Assembly (NCBI RefSeq): GCF_000737315.1
Contig: NZ_JMCB01000012.1
Coordinates: forward strand, 237,615-301,614
Direction of reading: 5' to 3'
Source of the DNA: Hyalangium minutum
Lineage (GTDB): Bacteria; Myxococcota; Myxococcia; Myxococcales; Myxococcaceae
DNA: 64,000 nucleotides
The notes below the pieces were generated by a model. That model saw nothing but the letters and a program-made list of their open reading frames with translations, was not told where the DNA came from and searched no databases. Both the position numbers and the translations under genes were made by a program. Each line of letters begins with the position of its first letter. The stretch's first letter is position 1. Below are positions 51,609-60,834 of this stretch, piece after piece.

Positions 51609-53975
51609 TCAGCGGTGGGTGTACTCGGGCGAGAGGGCGATCGTCTTCAGCACCGCCTTCAGGTTCCCGTTGTCGGCCTGCGCCACGTCCCAGAGCCGCT
51701 TGTACATGACGCGCTCGTCCTGGGTGTGCCGCATCTCCCGGCCAAAGAAGAGGATGTACTGCGCGTTCAGCGTCCGGCGCGCGAAGGACTCCTTGAGCAC
51801 CGCCTTCTGCGCGAAGGCCGACATGCCCTGGCCCTTGAAGGCGTACGCGCCCACCAACCCCCGGTCGCTGTCGTCGATGGGCCGCCCCTGCTCGTCCGTG
51901 GTGCGGTACGTGCCGTCATCCGCCCAGCGCAGCCGCTGGTGCGACAGCGGCGTCAGCGTCTGATGGCACGAGAAGCAGAGGCTCGTGGGGTCCACCGTGG
52001 AGGCCGCCGTCGCCGCCCCGCGCATGTCGAACACCTCCGAGGGAATCTCGAAGATGGAGCCCATGAAGTCCGTCATCACCCGCGCCGCGTAGTTGTAGTG
52101 CGGCAGGCCCGGCTTGTTCTGCAGGAAGCCCTTCATCGTCAGCACGCCCGTCTTCCCGTGCTCCGAAGGCCGCGACACCTTCGCGAAGTCCGTGGACACC
52201 GAGTAGTCGCCCGTCAGCAGATCCTGGAACGGCGTCCCTGTGGTGGCCAGGTACGTCCACAGCCGCGCGGGCTCGTCCGTGTCCGCCGTGCCCTCGCTCT
52301 CCGTGCGCACCCGCATCTTGTGGAAGTAGTACGTGCGGAAGTCCACCGAGGCCAGGTACCCGTCCACCATCTGCTCCCAGCTCTTGCGGCCTGCGTCGAA
52401 GTCCGCCAGCTCCGTCGCGTTGGGCGGCCGACCCACCAAGTCCTGCGCCAGCTTCACCAGCAGCAGCCTGTCCTTCTCCCCCCCCGTGCGGCTCTCGTAC
52501 GAGGGCGGCAGCGTGAAGAGGAAGTCCGGCGAGCGCATGATGCCCTCGCACAGCCCACTCCACGCCTTGGGCAGATCCGCCTCGTAGTTCGCCAGGTCCT
52601 TCACCAGCGCGTAGCCGTCCGTCTTCTCCTGCGGGGTGCTTGGCCGGTACACCATCCGCCGGAAGAGCGTGTCCACCTTCGCCTTGGCCGCGTCCGTGCG
52701 CGTGGTGCCCGTGGAGGGCTCTGTGGGGCCGTTCACCTTCACCCAGTCCACGTACAGGTTGCGATCGCACGTGCCCGACATGTTGAAGTCGTTGGTGAAG
52801 GCCGCTGACACCGTGTGAGTCCCCGCTGGCACCGTCATCGTGTGCACGTGGTCCGCGTACGCCGTGGCCGACACCGCGAAGGACTTCACCACCGTGCCGT
52901 CCACCCGGATTTCCATGGCCGGCAGGTCCGGGCCGCACTGGCTGCCGTAGGCGCGCACCGTCAGGTTGTACGTGCCCGTCACGGGGAAGTTGTACGGCGT
53001 CGTCGTGGTCAGCTGGCCGTTGGTATAGAGGTTCCACCCCGTGGAGGTGAGCGCGCCCGTGGTCGCCGTCAGGTCCGTGGCTGTCTCCGCCTCGTACTGC
53101 CGCGTGGCCGCCGGCGGCGTGTCGATGATGGGCGCCGAGGTGTCCAGCCCCGCGAAGGGGCCCGTCTTGTTGCGCGCCGCCTGGAGGCACACGTCCGGCG
53201 CCAGCGCGTCCATGCCCAGCAGGAAGTCCGGCGAGGCCACGCGCGCCTCGACGAAGTACTGCACGTAGTCCACGCCGCCGAACAGGCCCACCGTCTGGGC
53301 GAACTTGTCCACCCCGCCGCGGACCCAATCGTCGTTGAAGACCTGCTTCACCTTCCCCTTCAGCTGCACGTAGCTGAGGAAGGGATTGTCATAGGTGACC
53401 ACCGCCGGGCCCGTGTATGGCTGCAGCAGCGCCGGGGGGAACTCCTCGTCCGGAGGCGTCTGCGGCGAGCGCGCCTCCACCGCCGCCAGCTGGCAGGTGA
53501 GGCTGGCCATCGCCGCGATCTCCTTCGCGCTCCACGAAGGCTGGTTGCGCGGCATGCGCACGCTCTCGTCCGTGGACACCAGCCGCGACACGAGCGAGCC
53601 CGGCTGCGTCGTCAGGAAGCCCGCCGCCCGCGCCGCGTAGAACGTCTCCGTGGGCTCCTGGCTCACCTTGAACTGCCGGCCGCTCGTCGTGGCGTGGCAG
53701 GAGATGCAGCCCGAGTCCTGGCGCACCATCGCCGGGTACACCTGGCGGCCGAAGTCCGCGGCAATGGTCGCCAGCGACACCGTCTGCGGCACGCTGGCCA
53801 GCTGGCACGAGAGCGCCCCCGTCGGGTCCACCGGCAGCGGGGGAGGGTTCTCGTCGTCGTAGTTGGGCACCCCGCCGATGGAGGGCACTTCCAGGCTGGC
53901 CTCGCCGTAGCAACCCACGGCGCTCATGGCCAAGGCCACCACGAGCATGCGCAATCGATGCGGTCCGGATTCCAC
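51609..53975 (-). CDS. diheme cytochrome c / CBM60-like / DUF1585-type lipoprotein
   Basis: AVGC lipobox, CISCH and CFSCH heme motifs, inserted beta-sandwich ending FTND..DRNLYVD; GTG start with AGGAG RBS. Confidence 0.72.
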   Translation of the reverse strand: MESGPHRLRMLVVALAMSAVGCYGEASLEVPSIGGVPNYDDENPPPLPVDPTGALSCQLASVPQTVSLATIAADFGRQVYPAMVRQDSGCISCHATTSGRQFKVSQEPTETFYAARAAGFLTTQPGSLVSRLVSTDESVRMPRNQPSWSAKEIAAMASLTCQLAAVEARSPQTPPDEEFPPALLQPYTGPAVVTYDNPFLSYVQLKGKVKQVFNDDWVRGGVDKFAQTVGLFGGVDYVQYFVEARVASPDFLLGMDALAPDVCLQAARNKTGPFAGLDTSAPIIDTPPAATRQYEAETATDLTATTGALTSTGWNLYTNGQLTTTTPYNFPVTGTYNLTVRAYGSQCGPDLPAMEIRVDGTVVKSFAVSATAYADHVHTMTVPAGTHTVSAAFTNDFNMSGTCDRNLYVDWVKVNGPTEPSTGTTRTDAAKAKVDTLFRRMVYRPSTPQEKTDGYALVKDLANYEADLPKAWSGLCEGIMRSPDFLFTLPPSYESRTGGEKDRLLLVKLAQDLVGRPPNATELADFDAGRKSWEQMVDGYLASVDFRTYYFHKMRVRTESEGTADTDEPARLWTYLATTGTPFQDLLTGDYSVSTDFAKVSRPSEHGKTGVLTMKGFLQNKPGLPHYNYAARVMTDFMGSIFEIPSEVFDMRGAATAASTVDPTSLCFSCHQTLTPLSHQRLRWADDGTYRTTDEQGRPIDDSDRGLVGAYAFKGQGMSAFAQKAVLKESFARRTLNAQYILFFGREMRHTQDERVMYKRLWDVAQADNGNLKAVLKTIALSPEYTHR

Positions 53976-54024
53976 CTGGCTCCTCCGACGCGGAACGATG
54001 GGGAGGTGTAGTGAGACCCAGAGT

Positions 54025-54043
54025 TAACTTGGAAAACAAGTTA
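54025..54043. promoter_or_regulatory. perfect palindrome, candidate operator
   Basis: TAACTTG-GAAAA-CAAGTTA in an AT-rich divergent intergenic region. Confidence 0.5.
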
Positions 54044-54270
54044 GTTAGTAAACCCTTGAGATTACTCAGAGCACATAGGTACTGGGGTCGCAATGTTGCG
54101 CTGGGGACATTTACCGACATAGCCCCTGGGCGCCTCGGGAATCCGTGACTCCAGCCGCGCGTCTCGGATTTTCGCTGCCTCCCGCGTGCTCAAGCGGACC
54201 CACTTCGAGGGGTTCGTTTGGGCTCAGGCCTTGCACCGCCAGCCTCCATACCGACGAGGAGGTTCGCACG

Positions 54271-54756
54271 ATGAAGTGGATGGGAGCTTGGGCCGCCCTG
54301 GCCCTGTGTCTGGCGGGCTGTGGCGAGAGCGCAACGAACGTGGATCTGGATGGCGTCGCGCACGCCAGCGTGTCCTATGGGGATGGGATGTCGTTCTCCA
54401 CGCGCTACACCTTCGCGCTCTCCGAGCGGGTGCTGCTCGGAAAGTGGAGCCAGAATGGGCCGGGCCCGGGCTACCGCTCCGAGGAGGACAGCCGGAGCCT
54501 CTCGGAGGCCGAGGCCGCTCAGCTGCAGGAGCTCGTCAATGCCATCCACATCTCCGAGCCCTCACAGTCCGGGCAGTGCTGGGAGGACACGGCCTCGCTC
54601 AGCTTCCAGCTGACGGACACCACGGGCACCGAGCGCCGCTACCCCACGGATCCCGAGCGGCAGCGCTGCAATAACACGAAGCTCTTCGCCGAGAAGGATG
54701 ACGTGCAGGCCTTCCTCGACGGCTGCCGCGCCCTGCTGCCCGAGAAGGAGCTGTGA
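54271..54756 (+). CDS. hypothetical lipoprotein
   Basis: LAGC lipobox and GAGGAGG RBS. Confidence 0.8.
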   Translation: MKWMGAWAALALCLAGCGESATNVDLDGVAHASVSYGDGMSFSTRYTFALSERVLLGKWSQNGPGPGYRSEEDSRSLSEAEAAQLQELVNAIHISEPSQSGQCWEDTASLSFQLTDTTGTERRYPTDPERQRCNNTKLFAEKDDVQAFLDGCRALLPEKEL

Positions 54757-54780
54757 GCCGCTGAGGCGCGGGGAGCCGAA

Positions 54781-56049
54781 TCAGAGCGCCGTGCGCATCC
54801 ACACGGCGCGCACCAAGGGGGCCTCCAGCGACCCGAGCCGCTGCTGCCCCATCACCACGCCGACGAGCTCCACCCGCGAGCCCCTCGGAAAGTCCTGCGC
54901 CCACAGCCGGTCGGGTGCCACGAACACCAGCACCCGCATGCCGCCCACCTGCACCACCGCGATGTTCTGCTCCTCGCGCCGCTCTAGCACCCCGCGCAGC
55001 AGCACGGCCTGCCCCACCAGCCGCTCCGGCTCTTGCAGCTTCTCCAGGTCCGGGCTGCCCTCCGACAGCTTCAGCGCCTGCGGGTAGGCCGCCACCGCGT
55101 CCTCGAACGAGTTCACCGTCGGCGCGTCCGTAGGCTCTGGGCTCGTGCCCTTCGCCGCCAGCGCCGCATCCAGCTGCTTCACCCGCTCCTCCACGGGCGC
55201 ACCCGGCAGCACCCTGCACGCCAGCACCCGCCTGCGCAGCGCCTGCAGGTGCTCCGCCTCGTCCTGCTCGAGCGCCGTGGGCTCCAGGGGCTCCGACAAG
55301 AGCCGGCTGCAGGCTCGGAACGTGGCGAGCAGTTCCTGGTCCTCCTCGCTGATGACCGCGGGCTCACCGCCCACGAGTACCCCCGTGAAGCTCATGCCGC
55401 GCAGCTCGTCCGCCGTGAGCTCCAGCGTCCCGTTCGTGAGTGCACGCGGCTCCGGGGGCGTGCCCGGGCCTCCGGCGAACTCCACCGTGCCCGTGGCCGG
55501 CTGGGGATGACAGGACTCCTCGCGCAGGCTCACCACCGCATCCGCCTTGCGCGTCTGTGTCTCCTCGCCCGCCCGGGCCGTCTGGATGATGCCCGTAATG
55601 AGCGCCGGCACCCCGAGCGACAGCAGCGCCACGCCCCACACCGTCGCCGCCTTCTGCGAGGACGCGCCGTAGCGGCCCTCCCGGTCGATGGTGTCGCGGT
55701 TGGGCTCGGTGCTGAAGAGAGGCCGTGCCAGCAGCAGTCCCGCGCCTACCGCCGTGTTCGCCGCTCCCGCGCTGATGGCCGGTCCCGCCGAGGGCTCGTA
55801 GTGCTCGGTGATGAGGTTCTCCACGAACTCCTCGTGCTGCTCGGAGCGGCACACCTCCGAGCTGACGAAGCGGAGCTGGAGCGTGGGCCACTTCGCCTCC
55901 ACGTCCGCCGCCAGCGTCCGCTCGCCCAGCGTCACCTCCTTCGAGTACGTGCGCAGCAGCGGGCCCCGCTCGACGCGGCGCTCCGCCTGCATCGGCGCGC
56001 ACCCCACCGCCAGCATCAGCGCTCCGGCCATCCCTCGCTTCCACTTCAT
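54781..56049 (-). CDS. hypothetical lipoprotein with C-terminal OB-fold-like domain
   Basis: AVGC lipobox, two internal hydrophobic helices and a beta-rich C-terminus. Confidence 0.7.
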   Translation of the reverse strand: MKWKRGMAGALMLAVGCAPMQAERRVERGPLLRTYSKEVTLGERTLAADVEAKWPTLQLRFVSSEVCRSEQHEEFVENLITEHYEPSAGPAISAGAANTAVGAGLLLARPLFSTEPNRDTIDREGRYGASSQKAATVWGVALLSLGVPALITGIIQTARAGEETQTRKADAVVSLREESCHPQPATGTVEFAGGPGTPPEPRALTNGTLELTADELRGMSFTGVLVGGEPAVISEEDQELLATFRACSRLLSEPLEPTALEQDEAEHLQALRRRVLACRVLPGAPVEERVKQLDAALAAKGTSPEPTDAPTVNSFEDAVAAYPQALKLSEGSPDLEKLQEPERLVGQAVLLRGVLERREEQNIAVVQVGGMRVLVFVAPDRLWAQDFPRGSRVELVGVVMGQQRLGSLEAPLVRAVWMRTAL

Positions 56050-56408
56050 GGCTGGCGCCCTCCCAGGAAGCCCGTGAGGTCCGGACAGTCCTCCAGCACC
56101 TCATCCACATCCTCGCACCGGGGCGCCTTGTTCGGATCCGTGCCCTGGCGCACCAGCGGCAGGCGGCAGCGCAGCACCCGCTCGCGCGAGGGCGTGGAGA
56201 AGGCGAACTCCTCCGCGCCGCACCCGGTGCGCTCCTCCAAGGTGGACTGGCAGTCCATGGACCCCAGCGCCAGCTGCTCGTTCACTCCCTCACAGGTCCG
56301 CGCCAGGCACATGCGGGTGATGACGTCCTGACAGAGGGCCCCATCCGGCGCGGGAGGACCGGAGCAGGCGGACACCCAGACGAGCAAACCCAGGGGAAGC
56401 AGTCTCAT
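56046..56408 (-). CDS. small Cys-rich lipoprotein
   Basis: VSAC lipobox and multiple Cys; 4-bp overlap with the downstream gene. Confidence 0.75.
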   Translation of the reverse strand: MRLLPLGLLVWVSACSGPPAPDGALCQDVITRMCLARTCEGVNEQLALGSMDCQSTLEERTGCGAEEFAFSTPSRERVLRCRLPLVRQGTDPNKAPRCEDVDEVLEDCPDLTGFLGGRQP

Positions 56409-56448
56409 GGCCCTTCCACCATAGCGAGCCCGGGGATAAAGGGCCCGC

Positions 56449-57315
56449 ATGTCCCAGACCTATCTGTCTCTCACCGTGGAGTTGCCCGAGGATCAGTCGG
56501 AGGCCGTACAGGACGTGCTCCACGAGTCCGGAGCCATGGGCCTCGAGGTGCGCGACCGGGAGGCCCCGCCCATGCCCGGCGTGCGCGGCCCCAATCCCGG
56601 CGAGGCCATCGTCATCGCCTACTTCGAGGACATGGACACGGCCGAGGCCGTCCGTGCCCAGGTGGCCGAGGACTTCCCGGACGCCCGCGTGCTCCTGGAG
56701 GAGAAGCCCCAGCAGGACTGGAGCAACGAGTGGAAGGCGCTCATCAAGTCCGTGCAGGTGGGCCGGCTCTGGGTGGGCCCGCCGTGGGAGGCAGACTCGG
56801 CGCCCCAGGACAAGGTGCGCATCGTCATCGAGCCGAAGATGGCGTTCGGCACGGGTGACCACCCCACCACCTCGCTGTGCCTGGCGGCGATTGACACGTA
56901 CATGGGCTCGCACCCGGGCGCGAGCGTGCTGGACGTGGGCACCGGCACCGGCGTGCTCGCCATCGCCGCGAAGAAGCTGGGCGCGGGCCGCGTGGTGGGC
57001 ACGGACAACGACCCCACGTCCGTGGAGCTGGCCCACGAGAATGCCAGCGTGAACAGCACTCCGGACGTGGAGCTGTCCGGCAAGGAGCTGACACAGGTGA
57101 AGGGGCCGTTTGATTTGGTGGTGGCCAACATCCTGGCCAACACGCTCATCGCCCTGGCGCCGCTGATTGCGCCGAAGGTGAAGGACCGGCTCATCCTGGC
57201 GGGCGTGCTCGCGCACCAGAAGGCCGAGGTGGAGGCCGCCTTTACCGCCCACGGGCTCACCCCCGAGCCGGGGGCGGCCCAGGGCGAGTGGGTGCGGCTC
57301 GACTTCCACCGCTGA
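56449..57315 (+). CDS. prmA: ribosomal protein L11 methyltransferase
   Basis: EPKMAFGTGDHPTT, VLDVGTGTGVLAI and VANILA motifs. Confidence 0.95.
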   Translation: MSQTYLSLTVELPEDQSEAVQDVLHESGAMGLEVRDREAPPMPGVRGPNPGEAIVIAYFEDMDTAEAVRAQVAEDFPDARVLLEEKPQQDWSNEWKALIKSVQVGRLWVGPPWEADSAPQDKVRIVIEPKMAFGTGDHPTTSLCLAAIDTYMGSHPGASVLDVGTGTGVLAIAAKKLGAGRVVGTDNDPTSVELAHENASVNSTPDVELSGKELTQVKGPFDLVVANILANTLIALAPLIAPKVKDRLILAGVLAHQKAEVEAAFTAHGLTPEPGAAQGEWVRLDFHR

Positions 57316-57321
57316 GGTGGC

Positions 57322-58599
57322 TCAGGTGGCGGCGGCGGGCTGCGGCTTCTTGCGCAGGAAGAGCAGGAAGAGCAGCCCCATGCCGGCGATGCCCGCGAAG
57401 GTGATGAGCCCGTCGAACCCCACGCTCGCGCGAGCCCCCAGGCCCCGGAAGCTCGAGGCCTGGCCATCCAGCGCGGTGGCGTAGCTGATGGCGAAGTTCG
57501 AGGCCGCGACGAAGAGCGTGTACTTGGTCGTGACGGCCGCTCCGGACCTCACCATCTCCAGCACCATGCCGGCGAAGGCCGCGAACCCGGCGCCATTGGC
57601 GAAGCTGTAAGCGAGAATGCCCCAGATGTACGTCGTCTCCGTCATGGGCGCAGCCGCCATGGCGAGGGCACACAGCCCCGTGGCGACTCCCATGAGGGCG
57701 TAGTTGAGCTTGCGGTTGATCCGATCCGACAGCCAGCCCCCCAGCAGCGAGCCCAGCGCCCCAGAAATCCCCATGCCCAGCCCGTTCACGAGCTGCACCG
57801 TGCTCTCGGAGGCCTTGTACTCGCCGGACATCGCGCTGAAGAGGTTGGTGAGGGCGCCACAGCTCACCGGCATCAGGCACAGCACGAGCATGATGACGCC
57901 ATCCCGGCTGAAGGCCGTGCGGAAGAGATCCTGCACGATGCCCTTCACGCGCTCCCAGGTGGCGCGCAGCAGCGAGGCCGGGGCCGCGGACTTCTCGTCC
58001 TGGCGCTCGGAGATCCAGAAGATGCCCGCGCCGCTCACGAGCACCAAGGTGGCCAGCACCACTCCCGTCACTTCCCGGGAGAACGTGCTGGCCAGCCAGA
58101 TGGCGAGCGCTCCGAGGAGGGCCGTGGCCCCCACGTTCCCCGCCATCTGCCAGCCACCGGCGCGGCCCTTGTCCTCCAGGCGGGTGGTGATGGCCATGAG
58201 CCCATTGAGCGCGGCATGCGCCGTGGTCGCGGCGGCCTGCAGGGCGGTGAGCAGCAGCGTGTAGAGCCCCAGGTGCTGTGCGGGCTCCGGGAGGAGCGCG
58301 CAGGCCAGGAGCAGCACGGCGGTGAGCAGCGTGGAGACGCCGTACCAGACGCGCCGCCAGGGCCCCAGGTCGATGAGCGGCACCCACAGGAGCTTCCAGG
58401 CGTGGGGAGAGAAGGCCGTCCCGGACAGCAGGCCGATGTCCGCGAGCGGCATCCCATCCTTCGACAGCCAGTAGGGCACGGCCGTCTGCAGGAAGCCGAC
58501 GGCGGCGCCAAACGGGACCTCGAGGAGGCCGAACAGCGGGGGCCAGGACCAGCGTTCTTCAGTGGTGGCGGCGGGGACAGCCGCCTCGCTTTCAATCAC
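57322..58599 (-). CDS. MFS transporter (AmpG-like)
   Basis: About 12 TMs and PHAWKLLWVPLID..GPWRRVW; GTG start. Confidence 0.85.
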   Translation of the reverse strand: MIESEAAVPAATTEERWSWPPLFGLLEVPFGAAVGFLQTAVPYWLSKDGMPLADIGLLSGTAFSPHAWKLLWVPLIDLGPWRRVWYGVSTLLTAVLLLACALLPEPAQHLGLYTLLLTALQAAATTAHAALNGLMAITTRLEDKGRAGGWQMAGNVGATALLGALAIWLASTFSREVTGVVLATLVLVSGAGIFWISERQDEKSAAPASLLRATWERVKGIVQDLFRTAFSRDGVIMLVLCLMPVSCGALTNLFSAMSGEYKASESTVQLVNGLGMGISGALGSLLGGWLSDRINRKLNYALMGVATGLCALAMAAAPMTETTYIWGILAYSFANGAGFAAFAGMVLEMVRSGAAVTTKYTLFVAASNFAISYATALDGQASSFRGLGARASVGFDGLITFAGIAGMGLLFLLFLRKKPQPAAAT

Positions 58600-58643
58600 G
58601 GAGCGCTCGGGATGGGAGGAGAGGTGCGGAGTATATGCGCGGC

Positions 58644-59744
58644 TCAGCGCGGGCGAAGCTGCCGGTCCAGTTCCACCACCTCCGTGCCGATGCCACTGCG
58701 CGTCCGCGAGTACCGCACGTCCTGGAGGACCACGCGGTAGCCGTCTGCCTGCTCCTCCACTCGGTAGGTGGGGAAGCGCAGCCAGTTCACGAAGCCTTTC
58801 ACCTCTGGAGCGGCAAGCGCAGCCTGGACGACCGGGCTGGGGGCCTCGCGAGGGATGGGAGGATGGCTGGTGCGGAAGCGCCCGGATTCTCCCGCCAGCC
58901 AGTCCAGCTCGATGAACTCGTAGCGGCCTGGGAGCAGTGCAATCACATCGCGTGTGAACGGGTTGGCGGGGAGTGGACCTGCGGCGACGCGCTCCGGCTC
59001 GGTGCCCTGCTGGCGCAGCCACTCCGCCACCTGCCGCTCCGCCAGCCGCGAGCCCGCGAACATCGCCACCATATAGAGGAGCAGCGTGATGCCGCAGACC
59101 GTGGCCACGCGCTCGATGCGCAGGGAGTGGATGCCTCGGATTCGCAGAGAGGCGACGGCGGCGACTCCCACCAGCCAGAGGGCCTTCAGGGGGAGCGGCG
59201 TCAGGTCCGTATAAAGGATGAGCCCCGTGGTCGCTACGCCGAGCACCAGCCATCCGGCGATGCTCCAGCGGGCGCGCGCATCCGCCATCACGACGGCGGC
59301 TCCCGCGAGCAGCCACATCCACGGGTCGATGATGAAGAGCGCGTCGCCGTAGAACCACCGCCCATCAAAGGGCATGAGCACGCGCACGCCATAGTTGTTC
59401 ATCCAGTCCAGCAGCGTGTGGCTGAACACGGAAAGGTAGGAGAGCAGCAGCAGCGGCCAGAACCGTGCGGGCTCCTTCTCCGGATGGCGTCTCCGGCGGA
59501 GGTACGTGTCCCCCAGCTTCACCGCGCCCGCGAGCATCCACGGCAGCACAGCCAGGGCGAGCACCCCGTGCGTGATTCCCCGGCGCAGCAGGAGCGAGGT
59601 GTCCGAGTTTCCCAGCACGGTGAAGCCGTCGATGTCCGGCAGGTTGGCGCCGAGCACGAGCGTCAGCGTGGCCAGCGGGGTCTTCCGCTTGAGGCCCGCC
59701 TCTCCCATCCAGGCGCCAACGAGCGAGTGCGCGAGGTTGTCCAT
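58644..59744 (-). CDS. membrane-bound metal-dependent hydrolase (YdjM/DUF457-like)
   Basis: MDNLAHSL, ANLPDID, RRGITH, SHTLLDWMNNYG and FIIDPW motifs. Confidence 0.88.
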   Translation of the reverse strand: MDNLAHSLVGAWMGEAGLKRKTPLATLTLVLGANLPDIDGFTVLGNSDTSLLLRRGITHGVLALAVLPWMLAGAVKLGDTYLRRRRHPEKEPARFWPLLLLSYLSVFSHTLLDWMNNYGVRVLMPFDGRWFYGDALFIIDPWMWLLAGAAVVMADARARWSIAGWLVLGVATTGLILYTDLTPLPLKALWLVGVAAVASLRIRGIHSLRIERVATVCGITLLLYMVAMFAGSRLAERQVAEWLRQQGTEPERVAAGPLPANPFTRDVIALLPGRYEFIELDWLAGESGRFRTSHPPIPREAPSPVVQAALAAPEVKGFVNWLRFPTYRVEEQADGYRVVLQDVRYSRTRSGIGTEVVELDRQLRPR

Positions 59745-59793
59745 GCGAAATACGCTAGCCTCTGGCCCTCGCTTGGCGAAGCCGACTTCCCAG

Positions 59794-60807
59794 ATGGAGG
59801 GCTCCTCCTCCCCGGCCGTGCGGACCCAGCTCGTGGGCCCGTTCCTCGGCTGGCTGCGCGCTCGCGGCCAGGACCCGAGCCCGCTCATCCAGCAGTTTCA
59901 GCTGCCTCCCGACGCGGAGTCGCTGCCCGAGCTCAGTCTCCCGCTCTCCACCCTCCGCGCCTTCCTCGATACCGCCGAGCAGCGCTCGGGTGATGCGTTC
60001 ATCGGCCTTCACGTGGCTCAGGCCTTCAAGCGCGGCACCTACGGCCTCGTCGAGTACATCGCTCGGGCCTCCCCCACCCTGCGAGACACCTTCCGCCGCC
60101 TCGCCCGGTACATGGCGCTCCTCAATGACCAGATGGTCGCCTCCTTCTCCGAGGACGCCTCCACTGGCACCTTCACCTACGGCGTCCCCGGCGAGCCCCT
60201 CTCCTACGGCCGCCACGCCAATGAGTTCGGCCTCGCCCTCTTCGTCCACGTAGGCCGCCAGCTCACCGAGCAGCCGTGGAACCCGCTCGCCATCTCCTTC
60301 GCCCACCCCGCCCCTCCTGACTTCGCGCCCCTCACCGCCCACTTCGGGGTCACCCCCTCCTTCGGTGGCGGCCTGAACGTCCTCACCCTCTCCGCCTCCA
60401 CCCTGGACCTCTCTGTCGTCTCAGGCGATCCCGTGCTGCTCTCTGTCCTCGAGCGTGCCGCCGGAACCCCTCCCGCACGTGAGCCCACCCCCGCCCTGCC
60501 CGAATTCGTCCAGCGCGTGCACGAGGCCATCCGCGGCTCCCTCCGCGACGGCGCTCCCAAGATGGAGACCCTCGCCAAGCAGCTCCACGTCAGCGCCCGC
60601 ACCCTCCAGCGCCGCCTTGCCGAGCACCAGACCACCTTCCAGGATGCCGTCGACGCGGTGCGTTGCGAACTCGCCCAGCAATACCTCCGAGACCCACACC
60701 TGGGCGTCAGCGAAGTGGCCTTCCTCCTGGGTTACTCGGAGCTGAGCACCTTCGACCGGGCCTTCAAGCGCTGGACCGGAAAGACTCCTCGCGAGTTCCG
60801 CGGCTGA
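59794..60807 (+). CDS. AraC family transcriptional regulator
   Basis: LAKQLHVSARTLQRRL and EVAFLLGYSELSTFDRAFKRWTG. Confidence 0.93.
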   Translation: MEGSSSPAVRTQLVGPFLGWLRARGQDPSPLIQQFQLPPDAESLPELSLPLSTLRAFLDTAEQRSGDAFIGLHVAQAFKRGTYGLVEYIARASPTLRDTFRRLARYMALLNDQMVASFSEDASTGTFTYGVPGEPLSYGRHANEFGLALFVHVGRQLTEQPWNPLAISFAHPAPPDFAPLTAHFGVTPSFGGGLNVLTLSASTLDLSVVSGDPVLLSVLERAAGTPPAREPTPALPEFVQRVHEAIRGSLRDGAPKMETLAKQLHVSARTLQRRLAEHQTTFQDAVDAVRCELAQQYLRDPHLGVSEVAFLLGYSELSTFDRAFKRWTGKTPREFRG

Positions 60808-60809
60808 GC

Positions 60810-60828
60810 CCTGGCGTCTTCCGCCAGG
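60810..60828. terminator. hairpin between the convergent AraC and DUF3396 genes
   Basis: CCTGGCG-TCTTC-CGCCAGG. Confidence 0.45.
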
Positions 60829-60834
60829 AGCAAC

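Noticed and set aside
49730-52808. 659-aa and 406-aa plus-strand ORFs
   Set aside because: Antisense to the DUF1501-like and heme/CBM genes.
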